Positions 1 to 8,414 of a DNA stretch of 64,000 bases are shown in pieces (within the stretch, counting starts at the first letter, position 1; each line of letters opens with the position of its first letter). Where the stretch lies: IMG/VR virus record IMGVR_UViG_3300025450_000016. The stretch is one strand, 5' to 3'. A program made the translations under genes and the position numbers. This stretch comes from a virus. The notes under the pieces were generated by a model. The model did not search any database. It saw only the letters and a list, made by a program, of their open reading frames with translations, and had not been told where the DNA came from.

Positions 1-2
1 AG

Positions 3-362
3 ATGACAGACGATTGGGACAGTCAAACTTGGGCGTGGTCAGCAAGAGAATTGGCACAAGATTTCAAAGAGTTTTATCGAGATGCACTTAGAGACAGCCC
101 TGTCCAAGGACAGCAAGGTGTGGCGGAGGGCGGAATGAAGGATGTGTACACAGACAATCAGGATGCTGTGTATTCGGCACTGACACGTCGTGTGATTGGC
201 ACTGAAGCCGGACATTTTTTAATCAGGACTTATGGTCTAGACCAAGTTATGGATGCAATGCGAGAAGTGGCTGATTTTCACGGTGACGTGGAAGAAATTG
301 GATCGAGCGATGTCAGCGCATATATGCGTCAACTGCAACGTACATTAGAGAGTAACAGATAA
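3..362 (+). CDS. Hypothetical phage protein, probably the C-terminal part of a longer gene; putative head-internal protein
   Basis: Frame is open at the window edge; contains a QGVAEG motif like the short E-terminated linkers in neighbouring genes; stop overlaps dps start (TAATG). Confidence 0.5.
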   Translation: MTDDWDSQTWAWSARELAQDFKEFYRDALRDSPVQGQQGVAEGGMKDVYTDNQDAVYSALTRRVIGTEAGHFLIRTYGLDQVMDAMREVADFHGDVEEIGSSDVSAYMRQLQRTLESNR

Positions 363-796
363 TGGAACATTTACAACGAGCCGCTAAGATTGCATTTGCT
401 AGCCAATTTAATTTTTATTTAAAGGCTGCGTTCTTTCATTGGAACGTGGAAGGGATTCACTTTCAAGAACTACACGCATTGTTTGAGCGTATCTATGTAG
501 AAGTATACGAAACTGTAGACGAGTTTGCAGAAAAGATTCGCACCCTGGGTGCTTATGCTCCTGCATCAAACAGTCGTTTCAGTGTGTTGAGTCAGATACC
601 TGAAGAAACAGAAGTATTGCCAGCCGAACAAATGGTTACTGAACTGTTGCAAGACGCTGACAATATGGTATTGATTCTAAAACGAGTATATGATATTGCA
701 GAAGCGGAGGGCGAGCACGGTTTCTCAAACTTCCTGGCAGAACGTATGGATGCTTTCCGTAAACACGCCTGGATGTTACGTGCCACATCAAAATGA
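362..796 (+). CDS. dps: Dps/ferritin-like DNA-binding protein
   Basis: FHWNVEG, LHALFE, DEFAEKIRTLG ferroxidase motifs and KHAWML C-terminus; 144 aa. Confidence 0.93.
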   Translation: MEHLQRAAKIAFASQFNFYLKAAFFHWNVEGIHFQELHALFERIYVEVYETVDEFAEKIRTLGAYAPASNSRFSVLSQIPEETEVLPAEQMVTELLQDADNMVLILKRVYDIAEAEGEHGFSNFLAERMDAFRKHAWMLRATSK

Positions 797-1764
797 AAAT
801 TGTAGAAATTGTAACTGAAACGGCAGCCTGGCAGAAAAAGTCTGGTAAAAACAAAAACGGCGGCTTGAATCGCAAAGGCGTCAAAAGCTATCGTAGACAA
901 CATCCTGGTTCAAAACTGCAGACAGCAGTGACAACAAAACCTAGCAAGTTAAAGAAAGGCTCCAAGGCAGCCAAACGTCGCAAGAGTTTCTGTGCCCGTA
1001 TGAAGGGTATGAAAAAATCTCGCACAGGAGCCAAGACCAAACGCGATCCAAATAGCCGTATCAACAAAGCCTTACGCAAATGGCATTGCGAAAGTGTAGA
1101 ACAATTACAACAAATGTTGATGATTGCCGAGTCTACATTGAATCCCATTGATCCCACCAGTCCAGGTGCAGGTACTCGACTCAAACAAGAGTTGTCCAAG
1201 GAACTACACAGAGAACGTCAAGCACGTGCTTACAGAGATCAACAGATGAAACGTGCAATGGCACGTCACCACGAGGACGATGGCGAGCAAGACTACGAAA
1301 CCCTAGATGAGATCAAACAACGCTTGGATGCCAAGTGCTGGAAGGGCAAGCACAAAGAAGGTACCAAGATCAAAGGCGGCATTAGAGTCAACAACTGTGT
1401 GGCCAATGAAGGTGTTGAACCCAAACTAAATGAGTTTGTTAACGAATATGCGCCTTGGGTAGCCGAACAACTAGGCATTGAATTACCTACTATTGAACTG
1501 TTGAATGAACCCATTGACACCACTTTTGGTATGTATGATCCAGAATCCAAATCAATCAAATTGGTTGTAGGCGGACGTCATCCAGTTGATATTTTGCGTA
1601 CACTGGCACACGAGCTAACACATCACAAACAAGACCTAGAAGACAATTTGCCCCCGGGCGCTGGTGAAACAGGCACTGATCAAGAAAATGAAGCCAATGC
1701 CAATGCTGGCATTGCTATGCGTGACTTTGCTGAACACAATCCTGAATACTTTGGTGTAAAATGA
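793..1764 (+). CDS. Modular protein: basic N-terminal domain (DUF6321-like), short CW-K-G module, C-terminal zincin-like metallopeptidase domain
   Basis: AAWQKKSGKNKNGGLN...RRKSFCARM basic domain; LAHELTHHKQ (HExxH) plus downstream ENEANA. Confidence 0.6.
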   Translation: MKIVEIVTETAAWQKKSGKNKNGGLNRKGVKSYRRQHPGSKLQTAVTTKPSKLKKGSKAAKRRKSFCARMKGMKKSRTGAKTKRDPNSRINKALRKWHCESVEQLQQMLMIAESTLNPIDPTSPGAGTRLKQELSKELHRERQARAYRDQQMKRAMARHHEDDGEQDYETLDEIKQRLDAKCWKGKHKEGTKIKGGIRVNNCVANEGVEPKLNEFVNEYAPWVAEQLGIELPTIELLNEPIDTTFGMYDPESKSIKLVVGGRHPVDILRTLAHELTHHKQDLEDNLPPGAGETGTDQENEANANAGIAMRDFAEHNPEYFGVK

Positions 1765-1812
1765 ACCCAAACGATTACCCAGTGTATCCAGAACAACAAG
1801 AGGGCGACGACA

Positions 1813-2610
1813 GTGATTATAAACGAAATCCTTACAGCCCCGTCTAATAACCCCCAAGAAGAACTGGATGAGATACTTGCCAAATGTTGCGAGTTGGTTC
1901 TTGATGGCCAAGAGAGTGATGCAGATTTTTATGGTATGGTGGGTGCTTGTGTGGTATTTCCCGATGGTCAATGTATATACGGTGTCAACTACGAAGCTGA
2001 AGATGGCACTAGAGTACATGCTGAACGTGCTGCCTTAGAACGCTGTGCTGATGTCTCGCCAGAATGTATCGTAGTAACTACCCTGAGTCCTTGTAATCGA
2101 CCAATGGACGAACGTTCAGGTGAAAGTTGTGAGGACCTGATTGCTGAATACGGTATTGAACACGTATATTGCGGATACAAAGACCCTACACAGGATCAAG
2201 ACGCAAGTATAGAGACTGAAAATCCAAAATTACGAGAATTGTGCAAACAGTTGGCCGACACTTTTTTATCAGAAACAATTGACCCGGTGTCTGGTCGCGG
2301 TGCTGTTCCTCCAGCTAACACAATCAAACCAGAAAAACAAATACCAGCAAAACCAATTGAGCCGGCTGTGCGTGTTGATATCAACGGACATAGGCCAGAT
2401 CCCAATGCCACTACTTACAAAAAATCTGTAAAAGAAAACTTTGCTGATGGCCGAGTCAAAGGCAAAAGTCGTCCAGGTCGTGTCAAACGTGCTGGTGCCA
2501 GTTGTAAAGGAAGTGTAACTGATCTACGTCGCAAAGCCAAAAATGCATCAGGCGAACGTGCCCGAATGTATCACTGGTGTGCCAATATGAAGGGCGGCAA
2601 AAAGAAATAA
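1813..2610 (+). CDS. Zn-dependent deaminase (CDA/RibD-like) with C-terminal basic module
   Basis: VHAERAAL and TLSPC(x11)C deaminase motifs; C-terminal ENFADG...HWCANMKGGKKK basic module. Confidence 0.7.
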   Translation: MIINEILTAPSNNPQEELDEILAKCCELVLDGQESDADFYGMVGACVVFPDGQCIYGVNYEAEDGTRVHAERAALERCADVSPECIVVTTLSPCNRPMDERSGESCEDLIAEYGIEHVYCGYKDPTQDQDASIETENPKLRELCKQLADTFLSETIDPVSGRGAVPPANTIKPEKQIPAKPIEPAVRVDINGHRPDPNATTYKKSVKENFADGRVKGKSRPGRVKRAGASCKGSVTDLRRKAKNASGERARMYHWCANMKGGKKK

Positions 2611-2614
2611 CCAA

Positions 2615-2712
2615 ACACCTACCTTAGGACGTTATCGTTACTATAGGTGTCGCCGGCTGCTGGCGAGAATATTATGGGAGTCGTGCCCCGGAATGGTATT
2701 CTAAAGTGAGCA
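2615..2712 (+). ncRNA. Candidate structured RNA (three stems, possible pseudoknot)
   Basis: ACACCTA 2615-21 pairs with TAGGTGT 2644-50; CGCCGG/CTGGCG hairpin 2651-65; AGAATATTAT 2666-75 pairs with ATGGTATTCT 2693-2702 around GGG/CCC; G-U pairs favour + strand. Confidence 0.5.
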
Positions 2713-2729
2713 CAAATTCTAAACTGCTC

Positions 2730-2758
2730 TTGCGTTCTGCAAGTAAATACTGTATAAT
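2730..2758 (+). promoter_or_regulatory. Sigma70-type promoter with embedded TAAATA
   Basis: TTGCGT-17 nt-TATAAT; AAGGAG RBS precedes 2783. Confidence 0.65.
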
Positions 2759-2782
2759 TGTTCAATTACCAAGGAGATTCAA

Positions 2783-3043
2783 ATGTCATCACGTATGTTT
2801 AGCGCCGAGCAAAAAGCCAAATTGACCCAAATCATCAACGAAGGTATGGCAGTACTGCAAGAAATCGAAGACCTTAATGCAGGTTTAAGCGATACTGTCA
2901 AAGCCATTGCTGAAGAAATGGAAATTAAACCAGCTATCTTGAAAAAGGCTATCAAGATTGCACAAAAAAGCAAGCTAGGCGAAACCAATCAAGATCACGA
3001 AGATCTAAATACTATTTTAGAAACAGTAGGTAAAACCCTTTGA
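2783..3043 (+). CDS. Small dsDNA-binding protein (T4 DsbA/GapR-like)
   Basis: 86 aa helical protein with IEDLNAGLSDTVKAIAEEMEIKPAILKKAIK pattern. Confidence 0.5.
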   Translation: MSSRMFSAEQKAKLTQIINEGMAVLQEIEDLNAGLSDTVKAIAEEMEIKPAILKKAIKIAQKSKLGETNQDHEDLNTILETVGKTL

Positions 3044-3330
3044 TTGAATTGTTTCAAGGCACATTGGAATATATCCGTCGCGACTTCCGGGAATATCCTT
3101 TACGTTTTTGTGCAGAAGTCTTTAGTTGGGCCTGTAGTGTTGTCAGTGCTGTGATATTTGCGGCCACTGTGCCTACTGTTCCTGTAGTTCCGCTGTATAC
3201 AATTTTTATCAGTGGATGCTGTGCTGCTGCTTGGACCTGTTGGACTCGCGGCAGTTTTGGTTTACTTGCTAACTATGTTTTTTTGATCACCATCGACAGC
3301 ATAGGTCTTGCAAGAATGTTGTTTCAGTAG
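3040..3330 (+). CDS. Small membrane protein
   Basis: About three hydrophobic segments; overlaps upstream stop (TTGA). Confidence 0.6.
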   Translation: MIELFQGTLEYIRRDFREYPLRFCAEVFSWACSVVSAVIFAATVPTVPVVPLYTIFISGCCAAAWTCWTRGSFGLLANYVFLITIDSIGLARMLFQ

Positions 3331-3336
3331 TATAAT
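3308..3336 (+). promoter_or_regulatory. Sigma70 promoter of DNA polymerase gene
   Basis: TTGCAA 3308-13, 17-nt spacer, TATAAT 3331-36. Confidence 0.75.
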
Positions 3337-3340
3337 AAGA

Positions 3341-3389
3341 TTCGCCCACTTGACGGGCATGAAGAGCGAGTGTAAGCTCAAAGTTACAC
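3341..3389 (+). promoter_or_regulatory. 5' leader hairpin plus H-type pseudoknot upstream of polB RBS
   Basis: GCCC/GGGC hairpin 3344-58; GAGC 3364-67/GCTC 3376-79; loop GTGTAA 3370-75 pairs with TTACAC 3384-89; GGAG at 3393-96. Confidence 0.55.
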
Positions 3390-3401
3390 ACTGGAGAGTA
3401 A

Positions 3402-6068
3402 ATGTCATATATTGACGCATTGTTTGATCGCGACAAAGATCGTATTCACGTTGTAGAACGAGTCAACGGTGAGCGGGTATACAAAGAATATCCTGCCAAC
3501 TACGTGTTTTATTATGACGATCCACGTGGCAAGTTCCGCACTATCTTTGATACTCCAGTTAATCGCTTTACTACTAGAAACAGTAAAGAATTTCACAAAG
3601 AACTCCGAGTCAACAGTAACAAACGCCTATGGGAATCGGATATCAATCCCATCTTCCGTTGCTTGGAAGAAAATTATCTTGGGATGAATTCGCCCCGACT
3701 TCAAACAGCCTTTTTCGATATTGAGGTCGATTTTGACCCTGATCGTGGCTATTCCAAACCTGAAGATCCATTCAACGCTATCACTGCTATTTCAGTTTAC
3801 CTAGACTGGATGGATAAACTGGTCACCTTGGTGGTTCCACCCAAGAGTTACTCGTGGGCCACAGCCGAAGAAATTTGCAAAGGCTTTGACAACTGCTTCC
3901 TGTTCGAACGTGAAGAGGACATGTTGAACACATTCCTTGATCTAATTCAAGATGCCGATATCTTGTCGGGCTGGAACAGTGAAGGCTTCGATATTCCCTA
4001 TACCACTATGCGTATCAATCGTGTGCTCAGCAAAGATGACACACGTAGACTGTGCCTGTGGGGCCAATATCCCAAGCAACGTACCTTTGAACGCTTTGGT
4101 GCAGAGAACTTGACCTTTGACTTGATAGGTCGTGTGCATATGGACTATATGCAGTTGTATAGAAAATATACCTATGAAGAACGTCACAGCTACAGTTTGG
4201 ATGCTATTGCAGAATATGAACTTGGCGAAAGTAAAACGCAATACGAAGGCACACTAGATCAATTGTACAACAAAGACTTTACCAAGTTTATTGAATACAA
4301 TAGACAAGATACTATGCTGTTGTCTAGATTAGATAAGAAATTGCGTTTCTTAGATCTGGCCAACGAATTGGCTCACGATAATACTGTGTTGTTGGCAACC
4401 ACAATGGGTGCCGTGGCAGTTACTGAGCAGGCAATTATCAACGAAGCTCACAGTCGTGGGTTGGTTGTACCTAATAGGAGATCTAGAGATGACCAAGGAG
4501 AAACACAAGCCGCAGGTGCCTATGTTGCTTATCCCAAAAGGGGTATGCACGAATACATCGGTGCAATCGACATCAATTCGCTCTATCCCTCGGCTATTAG
4601 AGCCCTCAACATGGGTCCAGAAACAGTCGTTGGGCAACTCCGGCCAACAATAACTGATCATTACATTAGAGAAAAAATTGCCGCGGGCAGCAGTTTTGCT
4701 GATGCCTGGGAAAATATGTTTGGTACCTTAGAATATCAAGCAGTGATGAATGGCGAACCCGGTACTGAGATTACTATAGATTGGCAAGACGGATCTAGTG
4801 ATGTAATGAGTGCCAAAGATGTTTGGCGCTTGATATTTGACAGCAATCAGCCGTGGACATTCAGTGCCAATGGCACAATATTTAAATATGACACCAAGGG
4901 TATTATTCCCGGACTGTTGGAGAGATGGTATGCTGAACGTAAAGAAATGCAAGCTAAAAAGAAAACCGCAACATCTAAGGAAGATGAAGCGTTCTGGGAC
5001 AAAAGGCAACTTGTTAAAAAAATTAACCTCAACTCGCTCTACGGTGCGATCCTCAATCCGGGTTGCCGCTTCTTTGACCAAAGGATTGGCCAAAGTACGA
5101 CACTTACGGGCCGTATTATTGCCAAACACATGGACTCGCACGTTAACGAAGCTATCACGGGTGAATACAACCACGTGGGCGCGGCAATCATTTACGGGGA
5201 CACAGACTCGGTCTATTTCTCAGCCTGGCCGCAAATCAAAGAGGAAGTAGAATCGGGACGTATGGAATGGAATCGAGAGATTTGTGTACAGTTATATGAT
5301 ACCATTGCTGAATCAGTAAATGAATCGTTCCCGGCATTTATGGAACGTGCTTGCCATTGCCCTAGAGAAATGGGTGCAATTATTCGAGGTGGTCGAGAAC
5401 TTATTGCCAGCAAGGGCCTGTTTATTAAAAAGAAACGTTATGGCATTTTGATATTTGATATGGAAGGTGTGCGCCTGGATACCCACGGCAAAGCCGGCAA
5501 AGTCAAAGCCATGGGTCTGGATCTTAAGCGATCAGACACTCCCAAGGTTGTACAAGATTTCTTGAGTGAAATCTTGATGATTGTGTTGACCGGTGCTGGC
5601 GATGTTCGCCAAACTGTGATCGACAAGGTACGTGATTTCAAAATCTTGTTTGCCGGTAGGCCAGCCTGGGAAAAAGGTACTCCCAAGCGTGTCAACAACT
5701 TGACCAAGTATACTGCTGAAGAAGAACGTTTAGGCAAAGCCAATATGCCTGGACACGTTCGTGCTGCGATGAACTGGAATAGACTGAAAAAGATGCACGG
5801 CGACAACTACAGCACCAGTATCGTGGACGGTATGAAAACTATTGTGTGTAAACTCAAAGACAATCCACTGGGGTTAACCAGTGTAGGATATCCCACAGAT
5901 GAAACACACATTCCGCAGTGGTTTAAAGAGTTGCCGTTTGATGATTCAACAATGGAATCAACCATTGTGGACCAAAAGGTAGAAAACTTGTTGGGTGTAT
6001 TGGATTGGAAAATTGCCGAGAATACCGATATCAAGACCACATTTGATGATTTATTTTCATTCGAGTAA
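3402..6068 (+). CDS. polB: Family B DNA polymerase with 3'-5' exonuclease
   Basis: FDIEVD (ExoI), NSEGFDIPY (ExoII), YNRQD (ExoIII), DINSLYPS, KINLNSLYG, YGDTDS, KKRY; 888 aa, uninterrupted. Confidence 0.97.
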   Translation: MSYIDALFDRDKDRIHVVERVNGERVYKEYPANYVFYYDDPRGKFRTIFDTPVNRFTTRNSKEFHKELRVNSNKRLWESDINPIFRCLEENYLGMNSPRLQTAFFDIEVDFDPDRGYSKPEDPFNAITAISVYLDWMDKLVTLVVPPKSYSWATAEEICKGFDNCFLFEREEDMLNTFLDLIQDADILSGWNSEGFDIPYTTMRINRVLSKDDTRRLCLWGQYPKQRTFERFGAENLTFDLIGRVHMDYMQLYRKYTYEERHSYSLDAIAEYELGESKTQYEGTLDQLYNKDFTKFIEYNRQDTMLLSRLDKKLRFLDLANELAHDNTVLLATTMGAVAVTEQAIINEAHSRGLVVPNRRSRDDQGETQAAGAYVAYPKRGMHEYIGAIDINSLYPSAIRALNMGPETVVGQLRPTITDHYIREKIAAGSSFADAWENMFGTLEYQAVMNGEPGTEITIDWQDGSSDVMSAKDVWRLIFDSNQPWTFSANGTIFKYDTKGIIPGLLERWYAERKEMQAKKKTATSKEDEAFWDKRQLVKKINLNSLYGAILNPGCRFFDQRIGQSTTLTGRIIAKHMDSHVNEAITGEYNHVGAAIIYGDTDSVYFSAWPQIKEEVESGRMEWNREICVQLYDTIAESVNESFPAFMERACHCPREMGAIIRGGRELIASKGLFIKKKRYGILIFDMEGVRLDTHGKAGKVKAMGLDLKRSDTPKVVQDFLSEILMIVLTGAGDVRQTVIDKVRDFKILFAGRPAWEKGTPKRVNNLTKYTAEEERLGKANMPGHVRAAMNWNRLKKMHGDNYSTSIVDGMKTIVCKLKDNPLGLTSVGYPTDETHIPQWFKELPFDDSTMESTIVDQKVENLLGVLDWKIAENTDIKTTFDDLFSFE

Positions 6069-6071
6069 ACA

Positions 6072-7025
6072 ATGAAACTTAGCGAACTAGTACGACTTCG
6101 AACACGATTGGAAACTGTTTACAGCACAGATTCAATTGCCCACGAAGTAGATTTGGCCAATCATCATTTGTTGGCAGTTAAAAATGAAACTCCTGACGAC
6201 GATTTCCGAACACAAATCGGAAAACTGTCTGACGATATTAAAACAGTACATTTGCAATTGGCACACAATCAAAGTTTGTATAAAATACTGATCGACAACA
6301 TCAACAATCAGATTGCTGCTGCCAGTGCCAAATTCTTCAGCGGCAATTACGATCTAGAATTGCGTGTTGAATCAGAAGCTGTTAATATCATTCGTAGAGT
6401 CAGGGTACTAGAAGTTGATTCAAACTTGCGAGAAGAAATCAAAGGACGTATTGCACTATATTCAAGCTGGCAATATCCAGCGTTAGAAATTGGCTGTCGT
6501 GATGGTGATTGGACCAAAGAGCTGACCACCAGCGATCCTTTGTACATTGTAGACTACTACAGAGAATTTATTGACTCCACTCTTGAAAATTTTAATCCAA
6601 CATACCAAAAACGTATTCGTACCTATTTGTTAAAAGAAAAAGATTACAATATGAGTATGTTGCCACAAGGACAAATGAGTCTTGTATTTTGTTGGAATTT
6701 TTTAAACTATCGCAGCCTAGATACTGTAAAAGAATATTTGAAAGCAGTCAAAGAGTTGTTGCGCCCAGGCGGTGTGTTTATGTTCAGCTACAACAACGGT
6801 GATGTGGCACAATCAGCTGGGTATGCTGAAAACTTCTTTATGAGTTACATTCCAAAATCAATGTTGATACCCTTGTGCGAAAGTTTGGGCTATGAAATAG
6901 TGTTTAGCCGAGACAACGAAACATCTGGTGTTTCTTTTAGTTGGCTTGAAATTCGAAAACCTGGAAAACTGTCCAGCAACAAGGCTCACCCTGTCATGGG
7001 CGAATTGCAGAGAATAACGTATTGA
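6072..7025 (+). CDS. Class I SAM-dependent methyltransferase-like protein with N-terminal coiled coil
   Basis: ALEIGCRDG motif I; LLRPGGVFMF motif. Confidence 0.7.
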   Translation: MKLSELVRLRTRLETVYSTDSIAHEVDLANHHLLAVKNETPDDDFRTQIGKLSDDIKTVHLQLAHNQSLYKILIDNINNQIAAASAKFFSGNYDLELRVESEAVNIIRRVRVLEVDSNLREEIKGRIALYSSWQYPALEIGCRDGDWTKELTTSDPLYIVDYYREFIDSTLENFNPTYQKRIRTYLLKEKDYNMSMLPQGQMSLVFCWNFLNYRSLDTVKEYLKAVKELLRPGGVFMFSYNNGDVAQSAGYAENFFMSYIPKSMLIPLCESLGYEIVFSRDNETSGVSFSWLEIRKPGKLSSNKAHPVMGELQRITY

Positions 7026-7050
7026 CTTTTTCTAAATACATCTATATACT
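7022..7050 (+). promoter_or_regulatory. Sigma70 promoter with embedded CTAAATA
   Basis: TTGACT 7022-27, 17 nt, TATACT 7045-50; CTAAATA in spacer. Confidence 0.7.
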
Positions 7051-7074
7051 ACTACTATTAACGGAGAATAAACT

Positions 7075-7794
7075 ATGTTTGATCATTTAAAAGATATTGT
7101 ACAACACACATATGGCCTAGGCGTTATCAATATGCTCAAGGTAACTGGCACAGACCAAACCACTGTGATTAATGCATTTGACCAAGCTACCAAAACGGTA
7201 GTGTTGAACGCAGAATTCAAAGCACCAATTGCTGAATTTGTTGGCGTATTTGGTATGCCAAATTTGGATCGTTTGAATACTATTCTTAACATTCCAGAAT
7301 ACAAAGCTGATGCCAAGATCACTATCAATACACAAAACAACGAACCCAGCGGTGTTCACTTTGAAAACAAGTTAGGCGACTTTAAAAACGACTATCGCTT
7401 TATGAGTACTGCGGTGATCAATGATCAACTCAAAAATGTCAAAATGAAACCAGTCAAATGGGGTGTAGAGATTACGCCAACTGCGGCCAGTATTCAGAAA
7501 CTCAAGTTTCAAGCAATGGCACACTCAGATGCTACCACATTCTCCAGTAAGACAGAAAATGGCGAATTGAAGTTTTTCTTTGGTGATCACGCCAGTCACG
7601 CAGGATCGTTTACATTTGCCACTACATCAGGCACATTGACCAAACAGTTGAATTGGCCCGTATCGGTTGTCAACAGTATTCTCAGCTTGCCAGGCGACAA
7701 AGAATTCAAGATTTCAGATGACGGTGTTGCTGAAATCACTGTGGACTCTGGTCTAGCAGTTTATCACTATATGTTACCAGCACAAACCAAGTAA
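7075..7794 (+). CDS. Probable DNA polymerase sliding clamp (gp45/PCNA-like)
   Basis: 239 aa, alternating beta/alpha pattern, strong RBS, located just downstream of polB; inferred. Confidence 0.55.
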   Translation: MFDHLKDIVQHTYGLGVINMLKVTGTDQTTVINAFDQATKTVVLNAEFKAPIAEFVGVFGMPNLDRLNTILNIPEYKADAKITINTQNNEPSGVHFENKLGDFKNDYRFMSTAVINDQLKNVKMKPVKWGVEITPTAASIQKLKFQAMAHSDATTFSSKTENGELKFFFGDHASHAGSFTFATTSGTLTKQLNWPVSVVNSILSLPGDKEFKISDDGVAEITVDSGLAVYHYMLPAQTK

Positions 7795-7795
7795 T

Positions 7796-8410
7796 ATGGA
7801 GTTGGAGTATCTTAGATCAAGAGGGTATCGACCCAAGGGCGGATTTCTTTCGCCCTCGAATGTATTTTATCTAAATATTCCAAAGAACGCCAGTACTTAT
7901 CTCAGTAACATACTGTTTAGTAACGGGTGGCGACACTTTGTTTTCAATGAATATGCACCAGTTACCGAAGCCATAGTTGTATTGAGAGATCCTGTAGAAC
8001 GTTGGGTATCTGGATTTGCCACCTACGTGTCAAGTTGGATTTGTAGCAACGGATACGGAAGTGATCATTTTGTTGCAGATTATAACTGGTTGACAGAAAA
8101 TCTCATTTTTGATAATTTGGTATTTGACGATCATACTACACCACAATGGCAATATATTTCACAGTTGCCGGCCACGTGCCAGGTAAAGTATTTTGTATTG
8201 AATCAAAAAACCATTGTTGACGATATTTCGGCATACACCGGGCAGTCATTGACGGTTGCGGACGTGGATGCCAATGTATCAGAAGATAACTACGATCAAA
8301 AGCAAATTATACAATTTATGAAAAACAGACTAGAAAAAAAACCTGAGTTAAAGAATAAAATAATTGAGCGATACAAACGTGACTTTGACCTTATAGATAG
8401 TGTAAAATAA
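7796..8410 (+). CDS. Sulfotransferase family protein
   Basis: IPKNASTY (5'-PSB-like) and LRDPVERWVS (3'-PB-like) motifs. Confidence 0.7.
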   Translation: MELEYLRSRGYRPKGGFLSPSNVFYLNIPKNASTYLSNILFSNGWRHFVFNEYAPVTEAIVVLRDPVERWVSGFATYVSSWICSNGYGSDHFVADYNWLTENLIFDNLVFDDHTTPQWQYISQLPATCQVKYFVLNQKTIVDDISAYTGQSLTVADVDANVSEDNYDQKQIIQFMKNRLEKKPELKNKIIERYKRDFDLIDSVK

Positions 8411-8414
8411 CTGT

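Noticed and set aside
3402-6068. Intein, intron or split in the DNA polymerase
   Set aside because: All motifs lie in one 888-aa ORF with normal spacing
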